DNA from: Candidatus Marinacidobacterales bacterium
GTDB taxonomy: Bacteria > Acidobacteriota > Vicinamibacteria > Marinacidobacterales > SMYC01
Length of the DNA: 64,000 nt
Assembly (NCBI GenBank): GCA_965237955.1
Contig: OZ250169.1
Coordinates: 2,944,001 to 3,008,000 of the forward strand
Direction: 5' to 3'
A program made the position numbers and the translations under genes. The notes under the pieces were generated by a model. The model searched no databases and was not told the origin of the DNA. It saw nothing but the letters and a program-made list of their open reading frames with translations. Shown here piece after piece: positions 63,518-64,000 of the stretch. How positions within the stretch are numbered: the stretch's first letter is position 1; each line of letters opens with the position of its first letter.

Positions 63518-64000
63518 ATGAAGAAGATCCGCTGTGCCATCTATACGCGAAAGAGTGCGGAAGAGGGTCTCGAACAGGAGTTCAACTCCCTCGATGCGCA
63601 GCGAGAAGCCTGCGCCGCGTATGTCGCGAGCCAGAAAGCGGAGGGCTGGGTGCTGCTGCCAACCGTCTACGAGGACGCGGGGCTCTCGGGAGGAACCCTG
63701 GAGCGCCCGGGCCTGCAGCGCTTGCTCGCCGACATCGACGCAGGTCTCGTCGACCAGATTGTGGTCTACAAGGTCGACCGGCTGACCCGTTCCCTCTCCG
63801 ACTTTGCAAAGCTCGTCGAGCGGCTCGAGGCGGCCGGCGCGGTTTTCGTCTCGGTGACTCAGTCCTTCAACACCGCGACCAGCATGGGACGACTGACGCT
63901 GCATATGCTGCTGTCCTTCGCACAATTCGAACGCGAGGTCACGGCCGAGCGGATCCGCGATAAGGTCGCTGCCTCCAAGCGCAAGGGACTATGGATGGGC
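63518..64000 (+). CDS. Large serine recombinase, 5' part (runs off the window)
   Basis: Near-identical to 14631 onward. Confidence 0.88.
   Translation, partial: MKKIRCAIYTRKSAEEGLEQEFNSLDAQREACAAYVASQKAEGWVLLPTVYEDAGLSGGTLERPGLQRLLADIDAGLVDQIVVYKVDRLTRSLSDFAKLVERLEAAGAVFVSVTQSFNTATSMGRLTLHMLLSFAQFEREVTAERIRDKVAASKRKGLWMG

Noticed and set aside
1-64000. tRNA, rRNA or prophage genes
   Set aside because: None recognised by eye.

Overview
This is GC-rich bacterial DNA with an Acidobacteria/Planctomycete-like gene style (inference). The first ~3.8 kb is an ordinary hydrolase operon. The rest is a patchwork of about 25 unrelated gene blocks: peptidases, redox proteins, transporters and many defence-gene fragments. 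These blocks are joined by roughly 70 (counted by eye) short terminal repeats of six related types, labelled A-F here, which are the ends of IS481-like rve/DDE elements. Type A (CGTCCTGTGCCAAAACTCGGCCCTTTTGAAATAGACCATAAATCAGCAGCTTAG, ~35 copies) bounds two full rve elements, precedes every DUF2924 + large serine recombinase module that retains its 5' part, and forms hybrid MITEs with other end types. No target duplications are visible at these ends. Two RNA-guided elements read as programmed against the ends. An ORF-deleted group II intron has EBS1/EBS2 complementary to the B end and sits 2 nt inside its terminus. An IS110/IS1111 element has four guide-like segments in its non-coding region that match its own circle junction and the D end it occupies. 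The same two parasite classes are known to target integron attC sites, which suggests these ends work as an abundant recombination/gene-capture platform. Also present: a two-cassette integron remnant (attC, no intI), IS3, two IS5, IS256 and ISAzo13 fragments, and a near-intact type I R-M pair. Repeat-driven misassembly cannot be excluded from sequence alone.
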